Shown here: piece by piece, positions 18,718 through 27,268 of the stretch
Layout: every line of letters begins with the position of its first letter
Numbering within the stretch: position 1 is the first letter of the stretch
Source: Candidatus Saccharimonadota bacterium
GTDB taxonomy: Bacteria > Patescibacteriota > Saccharimonadia > Saccharimonadales > Saccharimonadaceae
NCBI GenBank assembly: GCA_017404795.1
Contig: JAFRBR010000005.1
Span: 129-64,128, forward strand
Direction: 5' to 3'
Length of the DNA: 64,000 nucleotides
Program-made: the position numbers and the translations under genes
Notes under the pieces: model-generated
The model's input: the letters and a program-made list of their open reading frames with translations, nothing else
What the model was told of the DNA's origin: nothing
Databases searched by the model: none

Positions 18718-18814
18718 AGAAAAACACCCGAAGCTGGCGCCCCTGCGCCCCGCCTCGGTGGTACCCCGAGGTCGGCTTAGCGCTTCTTTGCGTCCCTACC
18801 CTCGGGGTTTTTCT
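18718..18814. repeat. 97-nt structured repeat, copy A
   Basis: Ends GAAAAACACCCGA / CTCGGGGTTTTTC, inner CCTCGG-tggtac-CCCGAGG; highly similar to 33235-33330. Confidence 0.9.
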
Positions 18815-18824
18815 TTCCCTACCC

Positions 18825-19229
18825 CTATCTATTATGATTCCAGTAAACAACCGCACCGACAAGGCTGGCAATCGTCATCATGCTACCAACCGCTACCAGC
18901 AAAATGTCGTTTTGATAGGAATTAATCGTAGCGGTGAAATTGATTTTGTCATAAAGGAACATCGTGTGGTCTCTTTGGCTGGTCGCCTCTTCGGTCCCGT
19001 TCAGCACGCACGGATAAGTATCCTGAATCACGGTTCCGTCGTTTTTTTCGTATAATTCTTCGTCAAAACAAAGCGCCGGAGCATCCGAAATCCCAATCAA
19101 ATTTTTCCTAAACTTAGCCAGCTCATTCACCCCGCAAAAAGTAATCACGCCAAACATTATCGCCATCAAAATCAGCAGCCCCGCGTTAATCTTGACTCTC
19201 GTGGAAGTTTTGTTGTTTTTTGTTGCCAT
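18825..19229 (-). CDS. Hypothetical membrane protein (2 TM)
   Basis: Two hydrophobic segments flanking a Cys-pair loop; AGGAG SD. Confidence 0.75.
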   Translation of the reverse strand: MATKNNKTSTRVKINAGLLILMAIMFGVITFCGVNELAKFRKNLIGISDAPALCFDEELYEKNDGTVIQDTYPCVLNGTEEATSQRDHTMFLYDKINFTATINSYQNDILLVAVGSMMTIASLVGAVVYWNHNR

Positions 19230-19303
19230 GTTCTCTCCTTTTGGGCTTTTGCCCGATTAATCCTTAGCTACATTATAGCATAAAGGTCAAGCTTACCTTC
19301 TCG

Positions 19304-21070
19304 CTATTTCTCTTCCAAAAAAGCTCCGCTCTGTCGTGACCAGAGCTTGGCATATTCCCCGCCGGCCTTTAATAGCTCCTGATGTGAACCTCGCTCCACA
19401 ATCAAACCGTTCTTCAGTACTATAATTTCATCTAATCCTGCGATTGTCGATAGCCGATGCGCTACCACAATGGAAGTCCGGTCTTTCATCAAATTTGCCA
19501 AAGCCCCCTGGATTAACCCTTCTGATTCCGAATCTAGCGCCGAGGTGGCCTCGTCTAGTACTAGTATCGGTGCATCTTTCAGAATCGCCCGGGCTATTGC
19601 CACCCGCTGTCTCTGACCACCAGACAATTTTACTCCTCGTTCGCCGACCAAGGTATCATAGCCATCCGGCAGCTCTTTAATAAATTCATCGGCATTAGCC
19701 AGCTTCGCTGCCTGCAGCACCTCCTCGCGCGTCGCATTTATCTTTCCATAAGAAATATTTTCGTAAATTGAACGATGAAACAGCGAAGATTCTTGAGGTA
19801 CATAAGCAATCGCTTCGCGCAAGCTTTTCTGGGTCACGTCGCGGATGTCTTTCCCGTCAATATAAATCGCCCCCTTCATTACATCATCAAACCTCAGTAG
19901 CAGTTTTGTTAATGTAGTTTTTCCTGACCCCGACACTCCAACCAGCCCAACACTCTTCCCGGCCGGCACATCTAGACTAAAATCATTGAACAGTGGTTCT
20001 TTTTGTTCGTTGTGTTTAAAGGTAATATGGGCAATTTCAATTTTAGCTTGAGCGATTTTCAAAGGCTGGTCAGTCTTATCGTCGACAATCAGCGGCAAAT
20101 CTAGTATCCCCACCATTTCTTTAGCGTTCCCTAGCGACCGATTGACGGATCTAAGGATGTGGTTAATCGTCCACACATTCGAAAGTAGCGAATTGGACAA
20201 AGAATACAAGAACACCATATTTGCAATAGTCAGCCCAAACCAATCATGGCTCATAATTATCAAAATTAGAAGTCCTGCAAAAGTCACCAGATTTATCGAA
20301 TTCATTGATAGATTCCGCCAAAACGACACTTTGGCCGCTCGGAAGGTCGCTTGTTTAGTCTGCTTAGTGGCCCCACTGAATCGAGTTTCTTCTAAATCTT
20401 CGCGAGCGTAGGACTTCACCGACATTTCGTTTGTAATCGCGTCCGCTAGTTGTCCAGTCTGCTTGTTCTCGGCATCCGCCAACGCTTCATCTACTTTACG
20501 CGTTTTATAATAAGTGGTTATTGCTACTACCATATATATTACTGTGTATATCGCCAAAATTCCCGCAAAAGGTGCACAAACTATCGCCGTTACTCCAATC
20601 GAATAAAACGCCGTCAATATCAATGGGTAAAGATCCCACACAAAATTAGATTTCAGGCTAATAAACGCCCCAGGCAATTTGTTGGCCGCGCTCGTCAGTG
20701 ACCCAGAGAATTTATCATTATGAAAAGTCATTGACTGGTTTATCACCGCCGTAAAAGCCAGTTTTGACAAATATTCTCCACCCAGCGCATCCAGCGACCA
20801 ATCTAGCCAGTCGATCGACCGAAGCACCACCAAATTATTTGCCGCCGCTGACAAAATAGTCAGTAGTAATATACTGGTATAATTCGCGATTTCAAAATCT
20901 CCGTCCGATAGCTTACCGATAATTTCCGAAGTACCATATGGCACCACCACATTTGATAAGAAAATCCAAACTGGAACTAATGCTAACAGCAAGATCGTCC
21001 TAATTTTGTGTTGCATTAGTGTCTGCCAAAAGTAATGCAGAGTCCGCTTGATATTTTTAGATTGTGCCAT
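19304..21070 (-). CDS. ABC transporter permease/ATP-binding protein (MdlB/MsbA-like)
   Basis: 6-TM domain, GVSGSGKT, LSGGQRQR, LVLDEATSALD. Confidence 0.95.
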   Translation of the reverse strand: MAQSKNIKRTLHYFWQTLMQHKIRTILLLALVPVWIFLSNVVVPYGTSEIIGKLSDGDFEIANYTSILLLTILSAAANNLVVLRSIDWLDWSLDALGGEYLSKLAFTAVINQSMTFHNDKFSGSLTSAANKLPGAFISLKSNFVWDLYPLILTAFYSIGVTAIVCAPFAGILAIYTVIYMVVAITTYYKTRKVDEALADAENKQTGQLADAITNEMSVKSYAREDLEETRFSGATKQTKQATFRAAKVSFWRNLSMNSINLVTFAGLLILIIMSHDWFGLTIANMVFLYSLSNSLLSNVWTINHILRSVNRSLGNAKEMVGILDLPLIVDDKTDQPLKIAQAKIEIAHITFKHNEQKEPLFNDFSLDVPAGKSVGLVGVSGSGKTTLTKLLLRFDDVMKGAIYIDGKDIRDVTQKSLREAIAYVPQESSLFHRSIYENISYGKINATREEVLQAAKLANADEFIKELPDGYDTLVGERGVKLSGGQRQRVAIARAILKDAPILVLDEATSALDSESEGLIQGALANLMKDRTSIVVAHRLSTIAGLDEIIVLKNGLIVERGSHQELLKAGGEYAKLWSRQSGAFLEEK

Positions 21071-21088
21071 GCTTATATTATGGCACGA

Positions 21089-22054
21089 TTATTTATCCCA
21101 GTCAAACCCTTCGCCGTAATGGCCCCACATAGCAGTTTTTTCGTAAATCGGCCGTCGCAAATCCAAAAACTTAATAATCCCCGCCGGTGTCAAATCGTAC
21201 CCCTCGATTTCTTCAGGTTTACTATCAATTAACACGGTCTTTTCCAGAGGTTCCGCGTAGCCAATGGCGTAGGCTAGCCGCACCAAGACTTCGTGCGCTT
21301 TGCGCTCCCGCAAATAATCCACCGCGATTTTGCGCGCCATGTAAGCGGCTGAGCGGTCTACCTTTGTCGCATCCTTACCAGAATAGCAGCCCCCGCCAAT
21401 CGCCACTCGTGGCCCGTAGTTGTCCACGATTAATTTGCGACCAGTCAGGCCGGTGTCGGCGTCAAATCCACCTTGGTTCCAATCGCCAGCAGGGTTGATA
21501 TGGAGCTCTAACTTGCCAGCCAGTTTTTTATTTTTGACAAATTCTTGTACCAATTTTGCTAGTTCGTCATGAGGCACATTTTGAAAACTTGCCACCACCG
21601 AATCCACAGAGCCATCCGGCGCCAAGGTTATTTGAGTCTTGCCATCATATGGGTGTTTATCAAAAATAAACTGATTCAGCCGCCGCGCCAAAATCACTTC
21701 CAGCGGCAACATCTCGTCGGTCTCGTCGCAGGCGTAGCCAATCATGATTCCTTGGTCGCCGGCGCCGCCCGTGTCTACGCCTTGGGCAATCTCTGGTGAC
21801 TGCTTGACGATTTTAGTGTGGACTTCTGCGTCATCACCAGCAATCCGTTTAACGATTGCCGGAATATCCATCTCGTCGGCCGTTGAAGTGACCTCGCCAG
21901 TCACAAATACCACTCCGTGCCCGCCACAAGTCTCTACCGCCACACGCGCCATCGGGTCGGTAGCTAAATACGCGTCCAAAATCGCATCGCTAATCTGGTC
22001 GCAAAGTTTATCTGGGTGTTTTGGAGAAACGCTCTCCGCCGTTCGATAGAACAT
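21089..22054 (-). CDS. metK: S-adenosylmethionine synthetase
   Basis: TAESVSPKHPDKLCDQISDA, GAGDQG, DGKTQ, GLTGRKLIVDNYG, SGKDATKVDRSAAY; true start MFYR at 22054. Confidence 0.97.
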   Translation of the reverse strand: MFYRTAESVSPKHPDKLCDQISDAILDAYLATDPMARVAVETCGGHGVVFVTGEVTSTADEMDIPAIVKRIAGDDAEVHTKIVKQSPEIAQGVDTGGAGDQGIMIGYACDETDEMLPLEVILARRLNQFIFDKHPYDGKTQITLAPDGSVDSVVASFQNVPHDELAKLVQEFVKNKKLAGKLELHINPAGDWNQGGFDADTGLTGRKLIVDNYGPRVAIGGGCYSGKDATKVDRSAAYMARKIAVDYLRERKAHEVLVRLAYAIGYAEPLEKTVLIDSKPEEIEGYDLTPAGIIKFLDLRRPIYEKTAMWGHYGEGFDWDK

Positions 22055-22143
22055 ATCTTTCCTTTCTTGGTCGGATTTACCACCTTGGTTTTCACTAGGT
22101 TGGCAGGGGGTCACCGGGCCGTTCCCTCACCCCTTCTTGATAT
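22053..22143 (-). ncRNA. SAM-I riboswitch aptamer upstream of metK
   Basis: AUAUCAAGA..GGGGUGAGGGAACGGCCCGGUGACCCC..GCCAACC..GGUGGUAAAUCC..AAAGAUAU aligns element by element with the SAM-I consensus (UUAUCAAGA, GAGGGAnnGGCCCGnUGA, GCAACC/GGUGC, AAUUCC, AAAGAU). Confidence 0.9.
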
Positions 22144-22160
22144 TAATATCCCCATTATAA

Positions 22161-22781
22161 CTATTTTTTGGATTTTTTACCAGCTTTTTTCCGAGTTGCC
22201 GACTTCCGCGCCACCGACCGAGCGGTCTTGTCTTCAATCCCCTGCGCACGGTTGTGCGCGCCATAAATCATACTCGTCACCCCCACAATCAGCATATACA
22301 CACCAAAGAAGCGCATGAAGGTCATCATCTCAAACCCACCCGCGTTCAAAATCACCAGGCCAATCACACAGCCAGCTGCCCCCGCCAAAATCCGGATAAA
22401 CCGATCGGTCGGGTCCACCGTCGACAAAAACCCATGAAAAATATCAATCACCCCAGACAGAATCGTGTAAACCGAAATAATCACCACTCCTAGTACCAAA
22501 TTGTTCTTAGCAAAGAAGAGTAGCGCCACCGCCGCTATTACATCAATCAACGCATCGATAATCGAATTAATCCAGCCGTGCTTCTTGGTCGACGCATAAA
22601 GCGCGCCCACCGCATCCACAATCCCCATCGACAGTAGAAAAACACTCGCCAGTGCAACAATATTGTCTACTTCCGTCATCCCGCTAAACAAAATCACACA
22701 ACCAAAGGCGATTGCTAGCCCCCCGCGGATTAAAAACATTAACCAATGTTTGTCAATATATTTTCGATTTATCTTTGCCAT
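22161..22781 (-). CDS. HdeD/DUF308 family membrane protein
   Basis: W.MFLIRGGLAIAFG start, ~6 TMs, basic tail. Confidence 0.75.
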   Translation of the reverse strand: MAKINRKYIDKHWLMFLIRGGLAIAFGCVILFSGMTEVDNIVALASVFLLSMGIVDAVGALYASTKKHGWINSIIDALIDVIAAVALLFFAKNNLVLGVVIISVYTILSGVIDIFHGFLSTVDPTDRFIRILAGAAGCVIGLVILNAGGFEMMTFMRFFGVYMLIVGVTSMIYGAHNRAQGIEDKTARSVARKSATRKKAGKKSKK

Positions 22782-22919
22782 AAAAATCCTTTATTACTTA
22801 TGCTCATTATAGCACAAATTTTATGTCATTTTCAAAAATTATGCTATAATCAAAGTGCAACGATTTTATAATTTACGTGTACCGAGATTTTAATATCGAT
22901 ACGCAATACGAATTTAAAG

Positions 22920-23054
22920 ATGGCACCACAAGGTGATCCGAATTCAGCGTCCAGAAAGAATATGGATTATAGATATTTTAGCGCCACTACTACGGGTGGA
23001 GGCAGCAATGATAGATTTAGAGGTCTTACAGCTCGTTGCATCGCTGATAATTAA
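22920..23054 (+). pseudogene. Remnant 3' end of a FISUMP/CLec-type gene
   Basis: Reads ...SASRKNMDYRYFSATTTGGGSNDRFRGLTARCIADN*, alignable to the tail at 1-295; an orphan TGCTATAAT promoter lies at 22842-22850. Confidence 0.5.
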
Positions 23055-23056
23055 CT

Positions 23057-24271
23057 CTACACCCGCCGAATCCTCTTCCGCGCCGATTCAATTAACTTAG
23101 TTTTTTGATAAATTAGTGGCTTCAAGATCAGATCATGCGCCGGAGTATAGCGGAGCTCTTCACAGCCGAACGAACGCTTGAATTCGGAAACCCCATAGAA
23201 CCGATGGGTCGTCTCCTCCGGCTCCACTATCCCCCACAGATTATAGCGGATGCAGCCTCGCTCCCTAGCCTCCTTCATCGCCGCCATGTGGAGTAGCGGC
23301 GCCGCCGAATACTTTGTCCCCAGCTCCGACGATACTCCGTAATGATAGCTCGCTTCCGGCCCATAAAAAATCATAAAATTCTGCGCCAAAACTTCCCCGT
23401 CCTTCTTCGCAGTGTAGATTAACACCTCTCCGCCCTCGCGGAAGGCTTCAAATTGCTTGCGCAGGAAATCACTCGAAAACGCCACATATTTTTGTCGCTC
23501 AGCGTGCAATTTTTCTAATCGGCAAAATTCGTCAATCGCCTGATCACTAGTCTCGGCCGCAATTTCGATTTCGTTCTTTTCGGCTTTGCGTAGTTTGCGT
23601 CGGAAACCTTGCGACGCTCCGGCCAGAATCTCTTCCTCCGACTTCCGCAAATCCAGTACTCCAGCAAACTCCACCGATAGATACATTGGTGCTCGCTTCA
23701 GGCCTAGCTCCCGCATTAGCGCCAAAGATTTATCTGATAGCTCCAGCTGCGGCCGTACTCGCACAAACACACAGCCAGTCTCTAAACCTTGCGCCTCGAT
23801 ATCGTCAAACACTGCCTTTACCGCCTTATCGTCCTCCCAGTCCATAATCGGCCCACCGGCAATCGCCAAGTATTTGCCCCGCTTAGCCGTTTCCACTACC
23901 CCAGCATACGCCGCCACAATTTTATTATCCTCATCTGTCAGTGCTCTTCGAACTATCTTTTTCCCTCGCGCCTTATGGAACTCGTAAAAATCCCACGACT
24001 GCAAGAAATTCGCCTCAGGATGCGAAGTAATAAACCGGTCCCAAGTAGAACGATTGTCGATATTAGTAAGGCAAAGTGTTTTATCGCAATCGAGGGGATT
24101 TCGGAGCGCGGCAGCGCGAGAGTTAGCGCGCGAGCCCCGTGGCGGACTGCCGGAGGAGTCGAGCGAAGAACGAACTAGTTCGTTCTTCCGAGATGACAAC
24201 TGGCAGACGACATCAGTCGACGGGCGCGAGCGACGCGACCCGAGATGCGATGAAACACTTTGCCTATTCAC
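23057..24271 (-). CDS. FemAB/FemX family peptidyltransferase with a 65-aa N-terminal in-frame insertion
   Basis: FLQSW.F, GGP..DW, FRRKLRKA, YHYG.S, YNLWG, FKRSFG motifs; GTG start overlaps the upstream TGA. Confidence 0.9.
   Translation of the reverse strand: MNRQSVSSHLGSRRSRPSTDVVCQLSSRKNELVRSSLDSSGSPPRGSRANSRAAALRNPLDCDKTLCLTNIDNRSTWDRFITSHPEANFLQSWDFYEFHKARGKKIVRRALTDEDNKIVAAYAGVVETAKRGKYLAIAGGPIMDWEDDKAVKAVFDDIEAQGLETGCVFVRVRPQLELSDKSLALMRELGLKRAPMYLSVEFAGVLDLRKSEEEILAGASQGFRRKLRKAEKNEIEIAAETSDQAIDEFCRLEKLHAERQKYVAFSSDFLRKQFEAFREGGEVLIYTAKKDGEVLAQNFMIFYGPEASYHYGVSSELGTKYSAAPLLHMAAMKEARERGCIRYNLWGIVEPEETTHRFYGVSEFKRSFGCEELRYTPAHDLILKPLIYQKTKLIESARKRIRRV
24070..24264. repeat. In-frame palindromic element (195 nt) in femAB
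   Basis: Arms GGCAAAGTGTTTTATCGCA / TGCGATGAAACACTTTGCC; cores GCGAGCCCCGT and GACGGGCGCGAGCG; inner perfect palindrome GAAGAACGAACTAGTTCGTTCTTC. Confidence 0.9.
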
Positions 24272-25284
24272 AATCGCCTCCGTTTCTTCCGGACCTTTTC
24301 TACTACTAAGTCTTTTAGGTATCCCACGCGCGAAATTACTAGGTCGTGGGCTGGTACGTATTCTACCACCGAGCCCCCAAACCCCGTCTTAAAGGTCGTC
24401 ACCCCAGCATAGCGGTGCCCCGGCTGCCCAGCCGGTGCAATCCCCCAGAGGTTAAATCGCTCATACCCCTCGGCCTTCAAATCCCGCATCGCCTGCCAGA
24501 GCAAAGCATACGCCCCAGGGAGTTTGCGATTCAAATCGGTCGAGGCCGCCTCGTAATAATCTCCTTCGCGCCCATCCTTTATTATCAGGCCATAAGCCAC
24601 AGGTTCTCCCTCGGCTGTTCGCGCCACATAAATCGCAAAATTGTCCCCAAAAGCTTCCCTTTCTGCCAGCAATACCTCTAGTGACGGCGGCACAAACCCC
24701 TGTCGCCGCGCCGTCTCCATCTGTACCTGGTGGAATTCGCGCAAAATCTCCTCCGAATCATCCCGCTCTACCGTAATCCCCAGTTTACCCGCTCGGCGCA
24801 CCTCGTAGCGAGTCTGTCGTCGCATTCCAGCCAGTAATTCTTCCTCGGATAAACTGAGATCTATCATCACTGTGTGCTCGGCCGCTAGGTGCATCGGTGA
24901 TTTTTTCAGCCCCATTCGTTCCAAAACCTCCAAATTCTCGCGGTTAGCCAGAAGTTGTGGCCTCAGTCGCACAAACACACATTTTTCCTTCTCCGCCACC
25001 TCAGTAATCCGGCTCATCACTTCTTTCACTAGCCCTTTATCACCCCAGTCAATCAGTGGCCCACAAGGAATCTCCAGATAGCGTCCTCGCTTGGCATTGC
25101 GCACTACCATTATCGCCCACCCCTTACCGCCAAAATCTTCACTCACCACCTTGGCCCCCATCAGCTCATTCATCCGCCCATAAGCCGGCGACTGCAAGAA
25201 GTTCGCCTCAGGGAATTCCTCAATTGCCTCTCGCCACCCCGCCTCTGTGATCGTGAATTTGGCTGCCTTATTGTTATTTTTCAC
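24268..25284 (-). CDS. FemAB/FemX family peptidyltransferase
   Basis: FLQSP.Y, CGP..DW, MRRQTRYEVRRA, FNLWG, FKTGFGG motifs. Confidence 0.92.
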   Translation of the reverse strand: MKNNNKAAKFTITEAGWREAIEEFPEANFLQSPAYGRMNELMGAKVVSEDFGGKGWAIMVVRNAKRGRYLEIPCGPLIDWGDKGLVKEVMSRITEVAEKEKCVFVRLRPQLLANRENLEVLERMGLKKSPMHLAAEHTVMIDLSLSEEELLAGMRRQTRYEVRRAGKLGITVERDDSEEILREFHQVQMETARRQGFVPPSLEVLLAEREAFGDNFAIYVARTAEGEPVAYGLIIKDGREGDYYEAASTDLNRKLPGAYALLWQAMRDLKAEGYERFNLWGIAPAGQPGHRYAGVTTFKTGFGGSVVEYVPAHDLVISRVGYLKDLVVEKVRKKRRRL

Positions 25285-26491
25285 GTCCCCCCCTAGTATC
25301 TCTTAACAAATATTTCTCAATAATCTTTAGCGCTGGCGCTAAATCCGCCTTGCTGTAATATGTCGGCAAATTGATGATATGCTTCGCCACAAACACCGAA
25401 TTCGGGCAATTCTCCTCTGGGAAGTGGACTTTTTTGTAATATCTCTCGGGTGACACCGGCCGTTCATACCAGAATCCACCAAAATAATACCCTGCCTTCT
25501 GTAATTCTCGCAAAACTTCACCCCTATTCTGCACCAAACAGAACTTCCTCAGAGGCGCCTCACCAGATTTTTTAAACTTTTTAAACTGTTTCAAAGCTAG
25601 CCGGGCCTCAAATTTGCTGATTTTGCGCTCCAAGTCTAATCTGTTGTCTGCTGATTTTTCTACCCAGTGAATCTTGACTAACCCTCGCATCAAAGCGCCC
25701 CCAAGATGTACAGAGGCTAGCCCCCGACAAACCGTCCCAAAAAATGGATAAAATCTCGCCCTCAAGTGGTCTGACAATTTCGGAAGTTTGCTAGGCGCTT
25801 TAATCTCGCGTTTACAGGGGTGGCGTAGTACCACCGCTCCACCAGACACCGTGTCTATTGCTTTGTCCTTACCAAACGAAAACACCGCCGCCGCTCCCAC
25901 CGTCCCCGCCTCGCGTCCATCGGCGTATTTCACCCCTGCCGAATGTGCTAAATCCTCGATTATAGTCAACTCGTGCTTCCTGGCAAAGGCCTCAACTTGC
26001 TTGACATCCACCGGATTCCCTAAACTGTTTTGGATAATAATTCCAGCAATTTTCCGGGCGGGTCCTGCCGGCTCTTTTCCTCCCCAAAAATTTTTACTTC
26101 GTAAAACATTTTTGGGGTTCCCCCCAGAGCCGTCACCCGCCCGTGTGACCTGCAGTAAACTCAAGTCAAAATTCAAATCCTCTCTAGAAACATCCGTCCA
26201 AATAGGAGTAAGCCCCGCGGATTTCACCGCCTCATATACCGCATAACAGGTAAACCCATTCACGATCACCGCGTCCCCAGGCTCAAAATATGCCATCAAG
26301 GCCAAACAGAGGGCCGAGCGTCCATTTTTACACAAAACCACCCTAGTATCCTCTGTCGATTCACCCCCGTACCGTCCCCGCAAATACTTTTTTAGCGCTC
26401 GACAATCACTTTTCCGCCCCATGGCAAAAGTATGTCGCCATACTTCCCCTGTAGAATATCCCGCAGCCATCCCTAGAAAATACCGCTTCAC
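25274..26491 (-). CDS. DegT/DnrJ/EryC1/StrS-like PLP-dependent aminotransferase with a 30-aa insertion
   Basis: NGRSAL, FTC.AV, IIEDLAHSAG, FSFGKDK..D.VSGG, INLPTY. Confidence 0.88.
   Translation of the reverse strand: MKRYFLGMAAGYSTGEVWRHTFAMGRKSDCRALKKYLRGRYGGESTEDTRVVLCKNGRSALCLALMAYFEPGDAVIVNGFTCYAVYEAVKSAGLTPIWTDVSREDLNFDLSLLQVTRAGDGSGGNPKNVLRSKNFWGGKEPAGPARKIAGIIIQNSLGNPVDVKQVEAFARKHELTIIEDLAHSAGVKYADGREAGTVGAAAVFSFGKDKAIDTVSGGAVVLRHPCKREIKAPSKLPKLSDHLRARFYPFFGTVCRGLASVHLGGALMRGLVKIHWVEKSADNRLDLERKISKFEARLALKQFKKFKKSGEAPLRKFCLVQNRGEVLRELQKAGYYFGGFWYERPVSPERYYKKVHFPEENCPNSVFVAKHIINLPTYYSKADLAPALKIIEKYLLRDTRGGREK
26055..26143. repeat. In-frame long hairpin in the aminotransferase gene
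   Basis: CGGGCGGGT/ACCCGCCCG, CGGCTCT/AGAGCCG, CCCCAAAAAT/ATTTTTGGGG, TTTTAC-TTC-GTAAAA nested stems. Confidence 0.8.
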
Positions 26492-27252
26492 TAGATTACT
26501 CCCTCCTTTTTTGGCGCAGGTTTCTTGAAAGTAGCTTTTGTATTCTTATCATTTTCGTTCTTGGCTTCGGGCTCCTTTTTCATCCTCTCTATCAATATAC
26601 CAATAGCTCGGGCCAGCCCCTCTGGATCCGAAATATATGGCGCATGGGTCCAATTAGCATAGAACTTCAGTTCTGCATTGGGTAATTTCTCATACATCTC
26701 TGTAGCCTGCCGAGGTGGCGTGGTAGTGTCCTTCTTGCCCCAGAGGATAAAGGTCCTTGTTTCTACCTTGGTAAGGTCTAATTCTTTATCTGATTCCAGC
26801 ATATTAGCCAAAGTTTTCTTCATATTCTCTGGCGCCTTGGAATAATCTGTAGACCCCGTCACACGGTGGAAACCCTTGTCTACTAGAGGTATTTTTTTCA
26901 GTGGCTGTCCAATTTTGGCTAGTTTTTCCACTATTTTCTTGCGCATTGACGGCTCATACACCCCCGCCGAATCCAGCAAAATCAAATATTTCAGCTTCCC
27001 TGATTTCTGAGCACAGAGGTTCAGCAAAATCCGGCCCCCGTTACTATGCCCTAGTGCCACCGCTCCGTCAGGGATTTCTCTGTCAGCCCACTTCATATAG
27101 TCATAGATTGTCCACTCCTTCTTTGACTCCTCTGTTAGCCCCGGCACATGCAGCATTTTGACGCTAATCCCCTTGTCGCGCAACAGTGAAATCGTTTCCT
27201 TCCACGGCTCCACCGTGTAAGTCCACCCATGAATTATGTACAAATCCGCCAC
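26491..27252 (-). CDS. Alpha/beta hydrolase
   Basis: IHGW, GHSNGG nucleophile elbow, LWGKKD, WTHAP. Confidence 0.92.
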   Translation of the reverse strand: MADLYIIHGWTYTVEPWKETISLLRDKGISVKMLHVPGLTEESKKEWTIYDYMKWADREIPDGAVALGHSNGGRILLNLCAQKSGKLKYLILLDSAGVYEPSMRKKIVEKLAKIGQPLKKIPLVDKGFHRVTGSTDYSKAPENMKKTLANMLESDKELDLTKVETRTFILWGKKDTTTPPRQATEMYEKLPNAELKFYANWTHAPYISDPEGLARAIGILIERMKKEPEAKNENDKNTKATFKKPAPKKEGVI

Positions 27253-27268
27253 TAAAAACCTCCTTTCA

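Noticed and set aside
18718-18814. 97-nt repeat as an integron attC site
   Set aside because: No RYYYAAC/GTTRRRY ends and no integron integrase in the window.
21061-21090. dif-like palindrome GTGCCAT..ATGGCAC
   Set aside because: The XerD arm does not match TTATGTTAAAT; explained by the ABC gene -10 box and start codon.
22055-22114. 20-aa N-terminal extension of MetK
   Set aside because: It is the SAM-I aptamer read as codons.
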